Below, piece by piece: positions 8,183 through 16,208 of a DNA stretch of 32,000 bases (within the stretch, counting starts at the first letter, position 1; each line of letters begins with the position of its first letter). Source of the stretch: Pseudoalteromonas translucida KMM 520. GTDB taxonomy: Bacteria; Pseudomonadota; Gammaproteobacteria; Enterobacterales; Alteromonadaceae. Location of the stretch: contig NZ_CP011034.1 of the NCBI RefSeq assembly GCF_001465295.1, positions 2,820,001 to 2,852,000 of the forward strand, written 5' to 3'. The notes under the pieces were generated by a model. The model worked only from the letters and a program-made list of their open reading frames with translations, was not told the DNA's origin and did no database searches. The position numbers and the translations under genes were made by a program.

Positions 8183-8758
8183 ATGATAAAAATAATATTA
8201 TTAACATTAATGGCGTTACTTGTACCCGCATTAGCTCAAGGGAAAAGCCCGGCTGAGCACCCCATTAAAAAACAAAATAACTGCCAAGACTTTACTAACA
8301 TTACTTTGCGTAAACTACGCTCAAAAGAGTTTGTTAACTTATGCCAATTTGAAAACCAACCGCTGCTAATTGTTAATACAGCGAGTAATTGTGGCTTTAC
8401 GCCGCAATTTGCAGGGCTTGAAGCGGTTTATAATAAATATAAAGAGCAAGGCTTAGTGGTATTAGGGTTTCCTTCTGATGACTTTTTTCAAGAAGAAAAC
8501 AACGAACAAGACACCGCTAAAGTGTGCTTTGTTAATTACGGGGTTACTTTCACTATGTTTGCCACCAGCGCAGTGCGCGGCAGCGATGCAAACCCTATTT
8601 TTAAACACTTAAATAGCCAAACCAGCTCACCTAATTGGAATTTTTATAAGTATTTAGTGTCTGCTGATCGTAAAACAATTACGCGCTTTAACAGTAAAGT
8701 AGCACCCGAATCAGAAAAGCTAACTGCAGCAATTGAAGCGACATTAGCTATTAACTAG
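8183..8758 (+). CDS. Glutathione peroxidase-family protein with N-terminal signal peptide
   Basis: The signal peptide is MIKIILLTLMALLVPALA. The peroxidatic Cys motif is NTASNCGFTPQ and the WNF.K motif is WNFYKYLV. The second motif is atypical (LGFPSDDFFQEE rather than FPCNQF). Confidence 0.85.
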   Translation: MIKIILLTLMALLVPALAQGKSPAEHPIKKQNNCQDFTNITLRKLRSKEFVNLCQFENQPLLIVNTASNCGFTPQFAGLEAVYNKYKEQGLVVLGFPSDDFFQEENNEQDTAKVCFVNYGVTFTMFATSAVRGSDANPIFKHLNSQTSSPNWNFYKYLVSADRKTITRFNSKVAPESEKLTAAIEATLAIN

Positions 8759-8844
8759 GTTAAAACCGTTACAATTAGTTTAAACTAACTAAAATACACG
8801 TTAGTATGATTAAAAAACAACCAGATTAATGATTAGGAGATTTT

Positions 8845-9126
8845 ATGACAGTGGCAAGCGCAAGACATATATTAGTAGATAGTGAAGCACAGTGTTTAGA
8901 TTTAAAAGAAAAAATTGAACAAGGTGAAGACTTTGCTGTGTTAGCAAAAGTACACTCTAACTGTCCATCAGGTCAAGATGGCGGTGCTCTTGGTGAGTTT
9001 GGCCCAGGTATGATGGTGCCAGAGTTTGATAAAGTGGTGTTCTCTGCGCCAATTAATCAAGTACAAGGCCCAGTACAAACACAGTTTGGTTACCATTTAC
9101 TTGAAGTAACCAGCCGTTCAGAGTAA
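8845..9126 (+). CDS. ppiC: Peptidyl-prolyl cis-trans isomerase C (parvulin)
   Basis: The 93-aa protein is colinear with E. coli PpiC: HILV...CPSG..GG.LGEF..G.MVPEFDKVVFS....GP..TQFGYH. It has a strong SD (TAGGAG). Confidence 0.93.
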   Translation: MTVASARHILVDSEAQCLDLKEKIEQGEDFAVLAKVHSNCPSGQDGGALGEFGPGMMVPEFDKVVFSAPINQVQGPVQTQFGYHLLEVTSRSE

Positions 9127-9149
9127 CTTATTCTGCACTGTAAATTTTG

Positions 9150-9176
9150 AAAAAAGCCGCTTATGCGGCTTTTTTA
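9150..9176 (+). terminator. Rho-independent terminator after ppiC
   Basis: The sequence AAAAAAGCCGC-TTAT-GCGGCTTTTTT has a GC stem, a tetraloop and a 6-T tract. Confidence 0.85.
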
Positions 9177-9186
9177 TGGAGTAATT

Positions 9187-9765
9187 ATGCAACTATTTGG
9201 TTCTGTTACCTCGCCTTATGTACGCCGCGTTAGAATATGGGCGCTAGAAAATAACTGTGATTTAGAGTTTATTAATCTGGATATTTTTTCTGCGCAAGAT
9301 CGCCCAACTATGGTGAGTAAAAACCCAGCACGCAAAATCCCTATTCTCGTAGATGGCAATTTAACCCTAAGTGATTCAAACTCAATACTGCGCTATTTAC
9401 TTGAAAAAACAGCGCAGCCAAAATTAACTTGGCCGCAAGAGCACTTACTTACTACTATTAATGCCTGTAATGATTCCTTAGTAGAAATGCTTTTATGTCA
9501 GCGCTCTGGTTTTGATACGCAAAGTGATGCGTTATTTTTTAATTTGCAAAACGAACGTATTGTTGAAACATTACACTTTTTAAATGATCATTTAACTGAT
9601 GATGAATTTAAAGGCTGTGAATACCTCAACATCAGTTTATACTGCCTGCTTGATTGGATTTGCTTTCGTGAACTAACCGACATTAGTCAGCATTCAGCGC
9701 TTGTTGCTTTTTATGAGCAATATGGCCAACGCCAAGCAGCAATAAATACCAGTCCTAGTCATTAA
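9187..9765 (+). CDS. Glutathione S-transferase-like protein
   Basis: It has a thioredoxin-like N-domain with SPY near the N-terminus (MQLFGSVTSPYVRRVR) and KIPILVDG..LSDSNSILRYL (cis-Pro and Ser/Asp G-site pattern). The track start at 9163 lies inside the ppiC terminator, so the ATG at 9187 is preferred. Confidence 0.7.
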   Translation: MQLFGSVTSPYVRRVRIWALENNCDLEFINLDIFSAQDRPTMVSKNPARKIPILVDGNLTLSDSNSILRYLLEKTAQPKLTWPQEHLLTTINACNDSLVEMLLCQRSGFDTQSDALFFNLQNERIVETLHFLNDHLTDDEFKGCEYLNISLYCLLDWICFRELTDISQHSALVAFYEQYGQRQAAINTSPSH

Positions 9766-9782
9766 TTTAAAAAGGTAAACAC

Positions 9783-10133
9783 ATGAGCGATATCGAGATT
9801 GAATCAGAACTAGTCAACTTTGTTGAAAAAGTACGTATGAGCGAAGTAATTTGGGCACTTGGTGCAGAAGATAATGGCTTTGTAGTGTGTGATTCAAATC
9901 AATTTGACGAGACTGACGTATTACTACTTTGGGAAAGCGAAGCGGCTGCTAAAGCTCAGTGTAAAGACGAGTGGAAAGAGTACAGCCCAGTAGAAATTGG
10001 CCTTGATGAATTTTTAGATGAATGGGTTGAAGACCTAAACGAAGACAATGCTTTAGTTGGCCTTAACTGGAATGACGACCAAGTATGCGTAGAAATTGAA
10101 CCCGTAGGTTTAGCTCGCGCATTAAGTGAATAA
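9783..10133 (+). CDS. Small very acidic protein, DUF2750-like
   Basis: The 116-aa ORF has AAGG upstream. The pattern VIWALG...GF.V.DSN......LLLWESEAAAKAQC...W..Y.P..I.L.EFL.EW...L.....LVGLNW matches my recollection of the DUF2750 family (unverified). Confidence 0.6.
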   Translation: MSDIEIESELVNFVEKVRMSEVIWALGAEDNGFVVCDSNQFDETDVLLLWESEAAAKAQCKDEWKEYSPVEIGLDEFLDEWVEDLNEDNALVGLNWNDDQVCVEIEPVGLARALSE

Positions 10134-10163
10134 ATCACTATAGCTTAATTAATAAAGCATAAT

Positions 10164-10198
10164 AAAAGCCAACTGCATTCGTGCTAGTTGGCTTTTTT
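10164..10198 (+). terminator. Rho-independent terminator after the DUF2750-like gene
   Basis: AAAAGCCAACT (10164-10174) pairs with AGTTGGCTTTTTT (10186-10198). The stem GCCAACT/AGTTGGC is followed by a 6-T tract. Confidence 0.75.
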
Positions 10199-10211
10199 GC
10201 TTTAATTAATT

Positions 10212-10267
10212 GGTATAAGAATTTATACCCAAAACATACTCGCATCTTGCTATGTTTTGGGTATAAA
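10212..10267. repeat. Nested inverted repeats: a 17-bp perfect IR (12-nt spacer) overlapping a 7-bp IR
   Basis: TTTATACCCAAAACATA (10222-10238) is the exact reverse complement of TATGTTTTGGGTATAAA (10251-10267). GGTATAA (10212-10218) also pairs with TTATACC (10223-10229), so the left arm can pair in two mutually exclusive ways. Confidence 0.85.
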
Positions 10268-10299
10268 ATGTATTTTGTCATTATTTTCAAGGTACACCG

Positions 10300-10980
10300 T
10301 TGAAAACCCATCTTGGTCGCCGTCCTTTTTCAGCTATGGAGCTGCACACACTTTACAGTGGCTATATTTATGGCGATATGCGCGTGGTGCGTGAACAAGC
10401 AAAGCATTGGCACTTTTGGTTGCCATTAATTGCTTACTATACGGGCGCTTATAGTGACGAAATAGGCTGCTTAACACTTGATGACTTAACTGTTGAGCAA
10501 AACATTTTATGTTTTAGTTTTCATACCCACGGAAAAATTAAACCACGCCTTATTCCTGTACATCAAGCGCTAATTAATGCTGGCTTTAACGACTATTTAG
10601 CATTTATAAAAAGCCAAAACCAACAGCGATTAATGTTCGATTTACCAGCTAAAACCGGTCGCTACAGCGAAAAAGTACGTATTTGGTTTAGCGGTGAAGG
10701 CGAGCGCGCTGGTTACTTGCAAAAATGTGCAATTCCTAATATTGACCAACTCGGAATGAAAACCGCTATAAGTAGCCTGCGGCTTAACTTTGAGCAGCAA
10801 GTACGCATTTATGCACTGCAAGCTAACTCTAAAGATGCGTTTAATTATTTAATGGGCTTTAACGAATACCCACACCCAAATTATAGCAATGTAGCAGTAT
10901 TAAATAGCATAATTGGGCAAATTCGCGTTATTAACTCACAATTGCACTGGCAGCGCTTTATCAATCGCGATAGTCACTGA
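10300..10980 (+). CDS. 5'-truncated, catalytically degenerate tyrosine-recombinase (phage integrase) catalytic-domain homologue; possible pseudogene or exapted gene
   Basis: The ORF has a TTG start with weak AAGG 7 nt upstream, and the frame is closed by TAA at 10264-10266. The layout resembles an integrase catalytic domain: RRPFSAMELHTLY ... WLPLIAYYTGAYSDEIGCLTLDDL ... IPVHQALINAGFNDYL ... AISSLRLNFEQ ... YLMGFNEY. The usual TGAR Arg is Tyr, the H of HxxR is Ser, the following His is Leu, and GH is GF. There is no N-terminal SAM/arm domain. Confidence 0.55.
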   Translation: MKTHLGRRPFSAMELHTLYSGYIYGDMRVVREQAKHWHFWLPLIAYYTGAYSDEIGCLTLDDLTVEQNILCFSFHTHGKIKPRLIPVHQALINAGFNDYLAFIKSQNQQRLMFDLPAKTGRYSEKVRIWFSGEGERAGYLQKCAIPNIDQLGMKTAISSLRLNFEQQVRIYALQANSKDAFNYLMGFNEYPHPNYSNVAVLNSIIGQIRVINSQLHWQRFINRDSH

Positions 10981-11138
10981 CAAACTTTGTTACTATTTAC
11001 TCGCCCAAATCTGGGGGTATTCGATTACTCCATAAAAGAAAGCTGCTAGGATATCCGCATATAATACCGTTTCTATTAAAGTAGAGTGGTAACGCTGTCT
11101 GCTTTAGTCATTTATAACAATAATAAACTAGGGATACT

Positions 11139-13712
11139 ATGTTTCTTAAAAGCCTCTTAACCGTAAGTGTTGCATTCGCGATGAGCGCAGCAAATGCTAA
11201 CGAATTCGTAATTGAAAAACTCGCAAAACCAAGCAGTCAATCAGTGTCGTTAACACTCGACCCAAGCCAAGATACCTTTACCGGAATGACTGAGATTATT
11301 TTAGAGGTACTTAAGCCAACTAACTACATAGAACTAAACGGCGTGGCTTACGCAACTAAAATGGCACAATTACTTGGCGAGCAAAATTGTGACTTAAACA
11401 GCGAAATGCTCAAAACCGGTAAAGTAAAATTTAGCTGTGATGAGCAAATTCAGCCGGGTAAATACACCTTAAAAATTGATTTTTCAGCGCCATATAATCG
11501 CCAAAGTGTTGGGCTATATAAAACATTAGATCAAGGTACACCTTACTTATTTACTCAGTTTGAAATGAGTGATGCGCGCCGTGCATTTCCGGTATTTGAC
11601 GAGCCAAGCTACAAAATTCCATTTCAGCTCACTATTACCGCGCCTACCTCACAAAAAGTATATGCCAATACACCTGAGCTTAAAACTACAGTAAATGGCG
11701 ACATGACCACCCACTTTTTTGATAAAACACCGCCTATTCCTTCTTATTTAGTGGCAATGGCTGTGGGCCCTTTTGAAGAGCTTAATGTTGAAGGAATGTC
11801 GGTACCAGGGCGCGTGATTACCCCACAAGGTAAAATTCATTTAGCCCAGTACGCTAAAGAAAACATGCCAAAAGTACTAGGCGCACTTGAAGCATATTTT
11901 GGTATTCCTTATGTGTATCAAAAACTAGATTCGGTGGCTGTACCTGAATTTCCGTTTGGTGCCATGGAAAACTCAGGACTTGTAACCTACCGAGAAGATA
12001 TTTTATTGGTTGATTTAGCTGCCGCTACGCGCAGTAAAAAACAACGCAATGTGTCTATTATTGCTCACGAACTAGCACACCAATGGTACGGTAACTTAGT
12101 AACGATGAAGTGGTGGAACGATTTATGGTTAAACGAAGCGTTTGCTAGTTGGATGGCGGCAAAAATTACCAAGCAACTAAACCCTGAATTTGAATCGCAC
12201 CTAGATTTACCACAAAATAACGTTATGCCACTTGATGCACGTTTGAGTACTAAACCAATTCGTAAACCAATTAAAACCGAAGCCGATATTATGGATGGTT
12301 TAGGCCTTGCTTATAGCAAAGGTAGCTCGGTACTTGCTATGGTTGAAAATTGGATAGGTGAAGAGGCCTTTCAAAAAGGTATTCAAAATTACTTAAAAGA
12401 ATTTTCGTATAAAAATGCCGAAGCTGCCGATTTATGGCAAGCACTTGGCAAAGCTTCTAATAAAGATGTAGCGAGTGTTTTAAAATCGTTTATTGAGCAA
12501 TCTTCCTACCCACTGATTAAAGTGTCTCAGCAAGGTAGTAAAGTAACTATATCGCAAAGTCGCTTTGTAAATGCCGGTGTTGATGCGCCTGAGCAATTAT
12601 GGAATGTACCTGTTGCAATTAAATACGGCGCGGGCGATAAAGTAAAAACAGCGAACGTATTACTTAATAAACAAAGCCAAACGCTAGATTTAGATTTTGC
12701 ACCAGAGTGGATTTATCCTGATCAAGGCGCATTAGGTTATTACCGCTGGGTGATGGACGATGCACAGTTTAGTGCGCTTATCGACAATGCTGCTGACAAG
12801 CTAGATGACCGCGAACGTTTAGCGTTATTATCTGCTACCGATGCACTACTTGATGCTGGTGTTATATCGGCCGCTAAGTTAATGCAAACGCTTGAAGTAT
12901 TTATAAGCGACAGCCACCCTCGCGTTGCTAATACCGCGCTGGGCTATTTAGTATCGCAACAACGCACCTTTAAAGACGATAGCAATAAAGACTTATGGCC
13001 GAAATTTATTCGTGGTGCAGTAACTCCTGCGGCTAAAAAATACGGCTTAGAGGCAAAAGTAGGTGAAGATGGCGCTATTTCACAACTTCGAGCTGCCGTT
13101 GTATCGCGTTTAGGTTTTGATGGCGAAGATCAAAATGTGATCAATAAAGCAAAACAGCAAACTCAGGTTTATTTAAACGATCCACAAAAAGTAGACCCAT
13201 ACTTAGCCGGCACTTATTTAACGTTGGCTGCTTTTAACGGCGACAAAGCATTGCTTGAGCAATTTATGGCAACCTTTAAAACCACCAAAGATCCACAAGT
13301 ACGCACTAATATGCTCTCGGCTATGGGTTATTTTGCAAAACCTGCACTGCAAAAAGCAGTATTGGCTTACAGCTTAACAGATGAAGTAACCGCATCCGAC
13401 ATGCGTACTATTTTAGCAGGGCAAAGCTATACTGATGAGCGCCAAGCGCTGTTTATTGACTGGGTTTACAGTAATTACGATAAAGTAACAGCAAGCTTAC
13501 CGCCATTTTTTATCCCTAACTTACCGTATTTTACGACTGCAAATTGTGATGCAAATAGCTTTGCTACAACACAAAGCTTCTTTAATACTAAGTTAGCTGA
13601 AATACCAGGTTATGCTCGTACTTTAAGTAAACTAGAAGAAAGCACTAATGATTGTATTGCACTGAAAAATCGTGAGCTTGAATCGGTTAATAACTTCTTA
13701 AAAAGTAAGTAA
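11139..13712 (+). CDS. Secreted M1-family zinc aminopeptidase (aminopeptidase N-like)
   Basis: The signal peptide is MFLKSLLTVSVAFAMSAANA. The exopeptidase motif is FGAMENSG and the zinc motif is HELAHQWYGN...18 aa...WLNEAFA. It has a long helical C-terminal (ERAP1-like) region; 857 aa. Confidence 0.9.
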   Translation: MFLKSLLTVSVAFAMSAANANEFVIEKLAKPSSQSVSLTLDPSQDTFTGMTEIILEVLKPTNYIELNGVAYATKMAQLLGEQNCDLNSEMLKTGKVKFSCDEQIQPGKYTLKIDFSAPYNRQSVGLYKTLDQGTPYLFTQFEMSDARRAFPVFDEPSYKIPFQLTITAPTSQKVYANTPELKTTVNGDMTTHFFDKTPPIPSYLVAMAVGPFEELNVEGMSVPGRVITPQGKIHLAQYAKENMPKVLGALEAYFGIPYVYQKLDSVAVPEFPFGAMENSGLVTYREDILLVDLAAATRSKKQRNVSIIAHELAHQWYGNLVTMKWWNDLWLNEAFASWMAAKITKQLNPEFESHLDLPQNNVMPLDARLSTKPIRKPIKTEADIMDGLGLAYSKGSSVLAMVENWIGEEAFQKGIQNYLKEFSYKNAEAADLWQALGKASNKDVASVLKSFIEQSSYPLIKVSQQGSKVTISQSRFVNAGVDAPEQLWNVPVAIKYGAGDKVKTANVLLNKQSQTLDLDFAPEWIYPDQGALGYYRWVMDDAQFSALIDNAADKLDDRERLALLSATDALLDAGVISAAKLMQTLEVFISDSHPRVANTALGYLVSQQRTFKDDSNKDLWPKFIRGAVTPAAKKYGLEAKVGEDGAISQLRAAVVSRLGFDGEDQNVINKAKQQTQVYLNDPQKVDPYLAGTYLTLAAFNGDKALLEQFMATFKTTKDPQVRTNMLSAMGYFAKPALQKAVLAYSLTDEVTASDMRTILAGQSYTDERQALFIDWVYSNYDKVTASLPPFFIPNLPYFTTANCDANSFATTQSFFNTKLAEIPGYARTLSKLEESTNDCIALKNRELESVNNFLKSK

Positions 13713-13734
13713 TATTTATCAAATGTATAAACAT

Positions 13735-13767
13735 AAAAGCCGCTGAGTGCTAACTCTGCGGCTTTTT
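13735..13767. terminator. Bidirectional rho-independent terminator between the aminopeptidase and the convergent orphan ORF
   Basis: The sequence is AAAAGCCGCtGAGT-gcta-ACTCtGCGGCTTTTT. It has an A-tract on one side and a T-tract on the other. Confidence 0.8.
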
Positions 13768-13791
13768 ACATTTAATGTTGATATGGCTTTA

Positions 13792-14205
13792 TTAGTTACC
13801 AATAATCATCGTTAGTTTGGCAATAAAATCTTTTGCTGCTTGCTCAGAGTTTATTTTAAACGCGACACCATAATGAATCGGCTGTGCGCTTTTATAAATG
13901 CGCGTAGGAAAACGCGTCATTTCGCTACTATGAAAGTAGCCCTGAGTACGCACTACTCCATCAATATCGGTAAAATCATCACTAAACACTTCAAATGCTG
14001 GGCGAATTATAATTTTACCTTTGCCGCCTTCACTGTGCGTGTAAAACGCTTCTTTTGAATTAACTAACATGTATTCGGCAATATTCTTTATTTTAAAATT
14101 ACTTCTACACTCTAATTTAATTAGCTGCTCAGTAAGCTCGTCTGCACTATAAGCCACGTTGTAATCCCTATTAGTTAAATTTGCGCATAACCTTAACGCA
14201 TACAC
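13792..14205 (-). CDS. Hypothetical protein (no family recognised); start uncertain
   Basis: The 137-codon ORF starts at GTG 14205 without an SD. An internal GTG at 14157 is preceded by TAGGGA with an 8-nt spacer (giving 121 aa). There is no signal peptide or TM segment. It lies 26 bp downstream of the beta-propeller gene and ends at the bidirectional terminator. Confidence 0.5.
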   Translation of the reverse strand: MYALRLCANLTNRDYNVAYSADELTEQLIKLECRSNFKIKNIAEYMLVNSKEAFYTHSEGGKGKIIIRPAFEVFSDDFTDIDGVVRTQGYFHSSEMTRFPTRIYKSAQPIHYGVAFKINSEQAAKDFIAKLTMIIGN

Positions 14206-14231
14206 ATTATAAAGTCTGAAATTTATTTAAA

Positions 14232-15110
14232 TTAGTCCTCAGCTACATCACAAACAAAAGCAAGTTTGTCGTTGTTATAACTCATACGGGTAATATTAGT
14301 ATGGCAATAAGGTGTTAAGTCCAGCCATTGCGATACAGTGTTATTGCCACTAAGATTACGTTGGTAAACACGGTTGTTAAGCGCATAGGCCAGCGTATTG
14401 TCGTCCTTTAAAATAAAGTCTTGTACTTGTAGCGGCAATCTAAGTAAGTTTTCTACCTGCTTAGTTTGTGGGTTAAAACGCGCTACAATATGTTGCTCAT
14501 TTTGGGTGTAACTAAATATAAACTGCGCCATTGTATGATTGTAAATAAGCGTACGACCAATGTTTTTTGCCACAACTTGCCCTTTTGCCGCTGCAACTAA
14601 GCTATATTGTAATGTATGTGGCTCACCTAAAATAAACATGACTAAATCGTTATTTATACCCCATGCGTGATATCCCACTGGCTCTATCCAGTCAAAAATA
14701 CGACTTGCTGCAACTTCGCTATCAAGCGGATATTGCCATAGCTTTTGCTTGCCATTGGCCTCTACCACAATTGCCGATAAGCTTTGTTTATTTGGCATTA
14801 CGGTTGGTGAGTATTCGCTTACTGGCGTATTAGTTATACTAATAATTTGTTTTGTTGCAAAGTCGTAGTAAGCAATATCGGTTTGGCTTTGCTCAGCGCT
14901 TAATACTTCATGAGTAAAGTAAACACCATTATTGTGTATATGAGGCTGATTATTATAACTATTACTGTCGCTCACAATAGTAACTTGCAGGCCGTAAGGA
15001 GTATTTAAATCGGCTAATAACACTTGGCTTTTGGGCATACTTGCTTGTGCTACTGAGAGCGTTAAAGCGCCGATTGAAAACAACCCTAGTAGTGGTTTTA
15101 AAAATTTCAT
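14232..15110 (-). CDS. Secreted TolB-like/PD40-type beta-propeller repeat protein (function unknown)
   Basis: The signal peptide is MKFLKPLLGLFSIGALTLSVAQA. It shows recurring propeller-blade-like patterns (NNQPHIHNNGVYFT, DIAYYDFATKQ, EYSPTVMPN). The assignment is by eye only. Confidence 0.6.
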   Translation of the reverse strand: MKFLKPLLGLFSIGALTLSVAQASMPKSQVLLADLNTPYGLQVTIVSDSNSYNNQPHIHNNGVYFTHEVLSAEQSQTDIAYYDFATKQIISITNTPVSEYSPTVMPNKQSLSAIVVEANGKQKLWQYPLDSEVAASRIFDWIEPVGYHAWGINNDLVMFILGEPHTLQYSLVAAAKGQVVAKNIGRTLIYNHTMAQFIFSYTQNEQHIVARFNPQTKQVENLLRLPLQVQDFILKDDNTLAYALNNRVYQRNLSGNNTVSQWLDLTPYCHTNITRMSYNNDKLAFVCDVAED

Positions 15111-15226
15111 GCTCTATCTCGTTTTATTTTTAAGCACCCCATGATAACGTTATTTGCTGATTACGTCACTTGACCTAGACCAGCAACATCTTTATAACTA
15201 ACCGGGTCTTATAAAAGAGAATTAAT

Positions 15227-16132
15227 ATGTCAGCTAAACATCCTATTATTGCAATAACCGGCTCTTCAGGTGCGGGTACAACCACCACCACGAATGCAAT
15301 TAAACATATTTTTCGTAGCCTTAACATTAGTGCGGCTTTTATCGAAGGGGATAGCTTTCATCGTTACACTCGCCCTGAAATGGATAAAAAAGTACGTGAC
15401 GCGCAACAAGAAGGCAAACATATTAGCTACTTTGGCCGCGAAGCTAACGACTTTGGTTTACTAGAAACCCTATTTGATAGCTACGGTGAAACCGGTCAAG
15501 GTAAACTGCGTCGTTATTTACATACCTTTGACGAAGCAGTGCCTTACAACCAATTGCCTGGCACATTTACTCCGTGGCAAGATCTGGAGCAAAATACCGA
15601 TTTGTTATTTTACGAAGGGTTGCATGGCGCTGTTGTAGATCAAGAGCATAATGTGGATGTAGCAAAACATGTAGATTTACTCATTGGTATGGTGCCTATT
15701 ATCAACCTTGAGTGGATCCAAAAATTAATTCGCGATACCTCAGAGCGTGGCCATTCTCGTGAAGCTGTAATGGGTTCAATTGTGCGCAGTATGGATGACT
15801 ATATTAACCATATTACTCCACAGTTTTCACGCACCCATATTAACTTTCAACGTGTGCCTACGGTAGATACCTCAAACCCTTTTAGTGCTAAAGATATTCC
15901 ATCGTTAGATGAAAGCTTTGTTGTTATTCGCTTTAGGGGCATTGATGATGTTGATTTTCCGTATTATTTACGCATGATTGAAGGCAGTTTTATGTCGCGT
16001 ATTAATACCTTGGTAGTGCCTGGCGGTAAAATGGGCTTGGCAATGGAGTTGGTACTTACCCCACTCATTAAAGACATTATTTTAAAAAAACGAGCATTAG
16101 AAAACCTAGCACCACTGGATTTACCTATTTGA
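15227..16132 (+). CDS. prkB: Phosphoribulokinase homologue (PrkB-type)
   Basis: It is nearly colinear with E. coli PrkB as I recall it: MSAKHP.IA.TGSSGAGTTTT, EGDSFHRYTRPEMD, NLEWIQKLIRDTSERGHSREAVM, ITPQFSRTH.NFQRVPTVDTSNPF and LVVPGGKMGLAMEL. Confidence 0.93.
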   Translation: MSAKHPIIAITGSSGAGTTTTTNAIKHIFRSLNISAAFIEGDSFHRYTRPEMDKKVRDAQQEGKHISYFGREANDFGLLETLFDSYGETGQGKLRRYLHTFDEAVPYNQLPGTFTPWQDLEQNTDLLFYEGLHGAVVDQEHNVDVAKHVDLLIGMVPIINLEWIQKLIRDTSERGHSREAVMGSIVRSMDDYINHITPQFSRTHINFQRVPTVDTSNPFSAKDIPSLDESFVVIRFRGIDDVDFPYYLRMIEGSFMSRINTLVVPGGKMGLAMELVLTPLIKDIILKKRALENLAPLDLPI

Positions 16133-16208
16133 TATTGGATAACCCACAGCCCTTTTTTGTTAAAGCTAACTCACGTACACTGCTGATTTTGCTTAAAGTG
16201 AGATCAGC

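Noticed and set aside
9163-9186. The ORF-track 5' extension of the GST-like gene.
   Set aside because: The proposed start lies inside the ppiC terminator hairpin. The ATG at 9187 follows the terminator.
11014-11032. GGGGGTATTCGATTACTCC, downstream of the integrase-like ORF, resembles a tRNA T-arm (GGGGG-TTCGATT-CCCCC). This raised the idea of a tRNA-derived att remnant.
   Set aside because: The loop is 9 nt rather than 7 and the stem has a mismatch and a wobble. No acceptor-stem or CCA-like sequence follows, and there is no matching second copy in the window. This is too weak to call.
15144-15153. A perfect 10-bp palindrome, ATAACGTTAT, upstream of prkB. Also a 14-bp palindrome, TTAGTTTAAACTAA, at 8775-8788 upstream of ppiC.
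   Set aside because: These are short AT-rich palindromes in AT-rich spacers. They match no regulator consensus I can name with confidence, and I have no conservation data.
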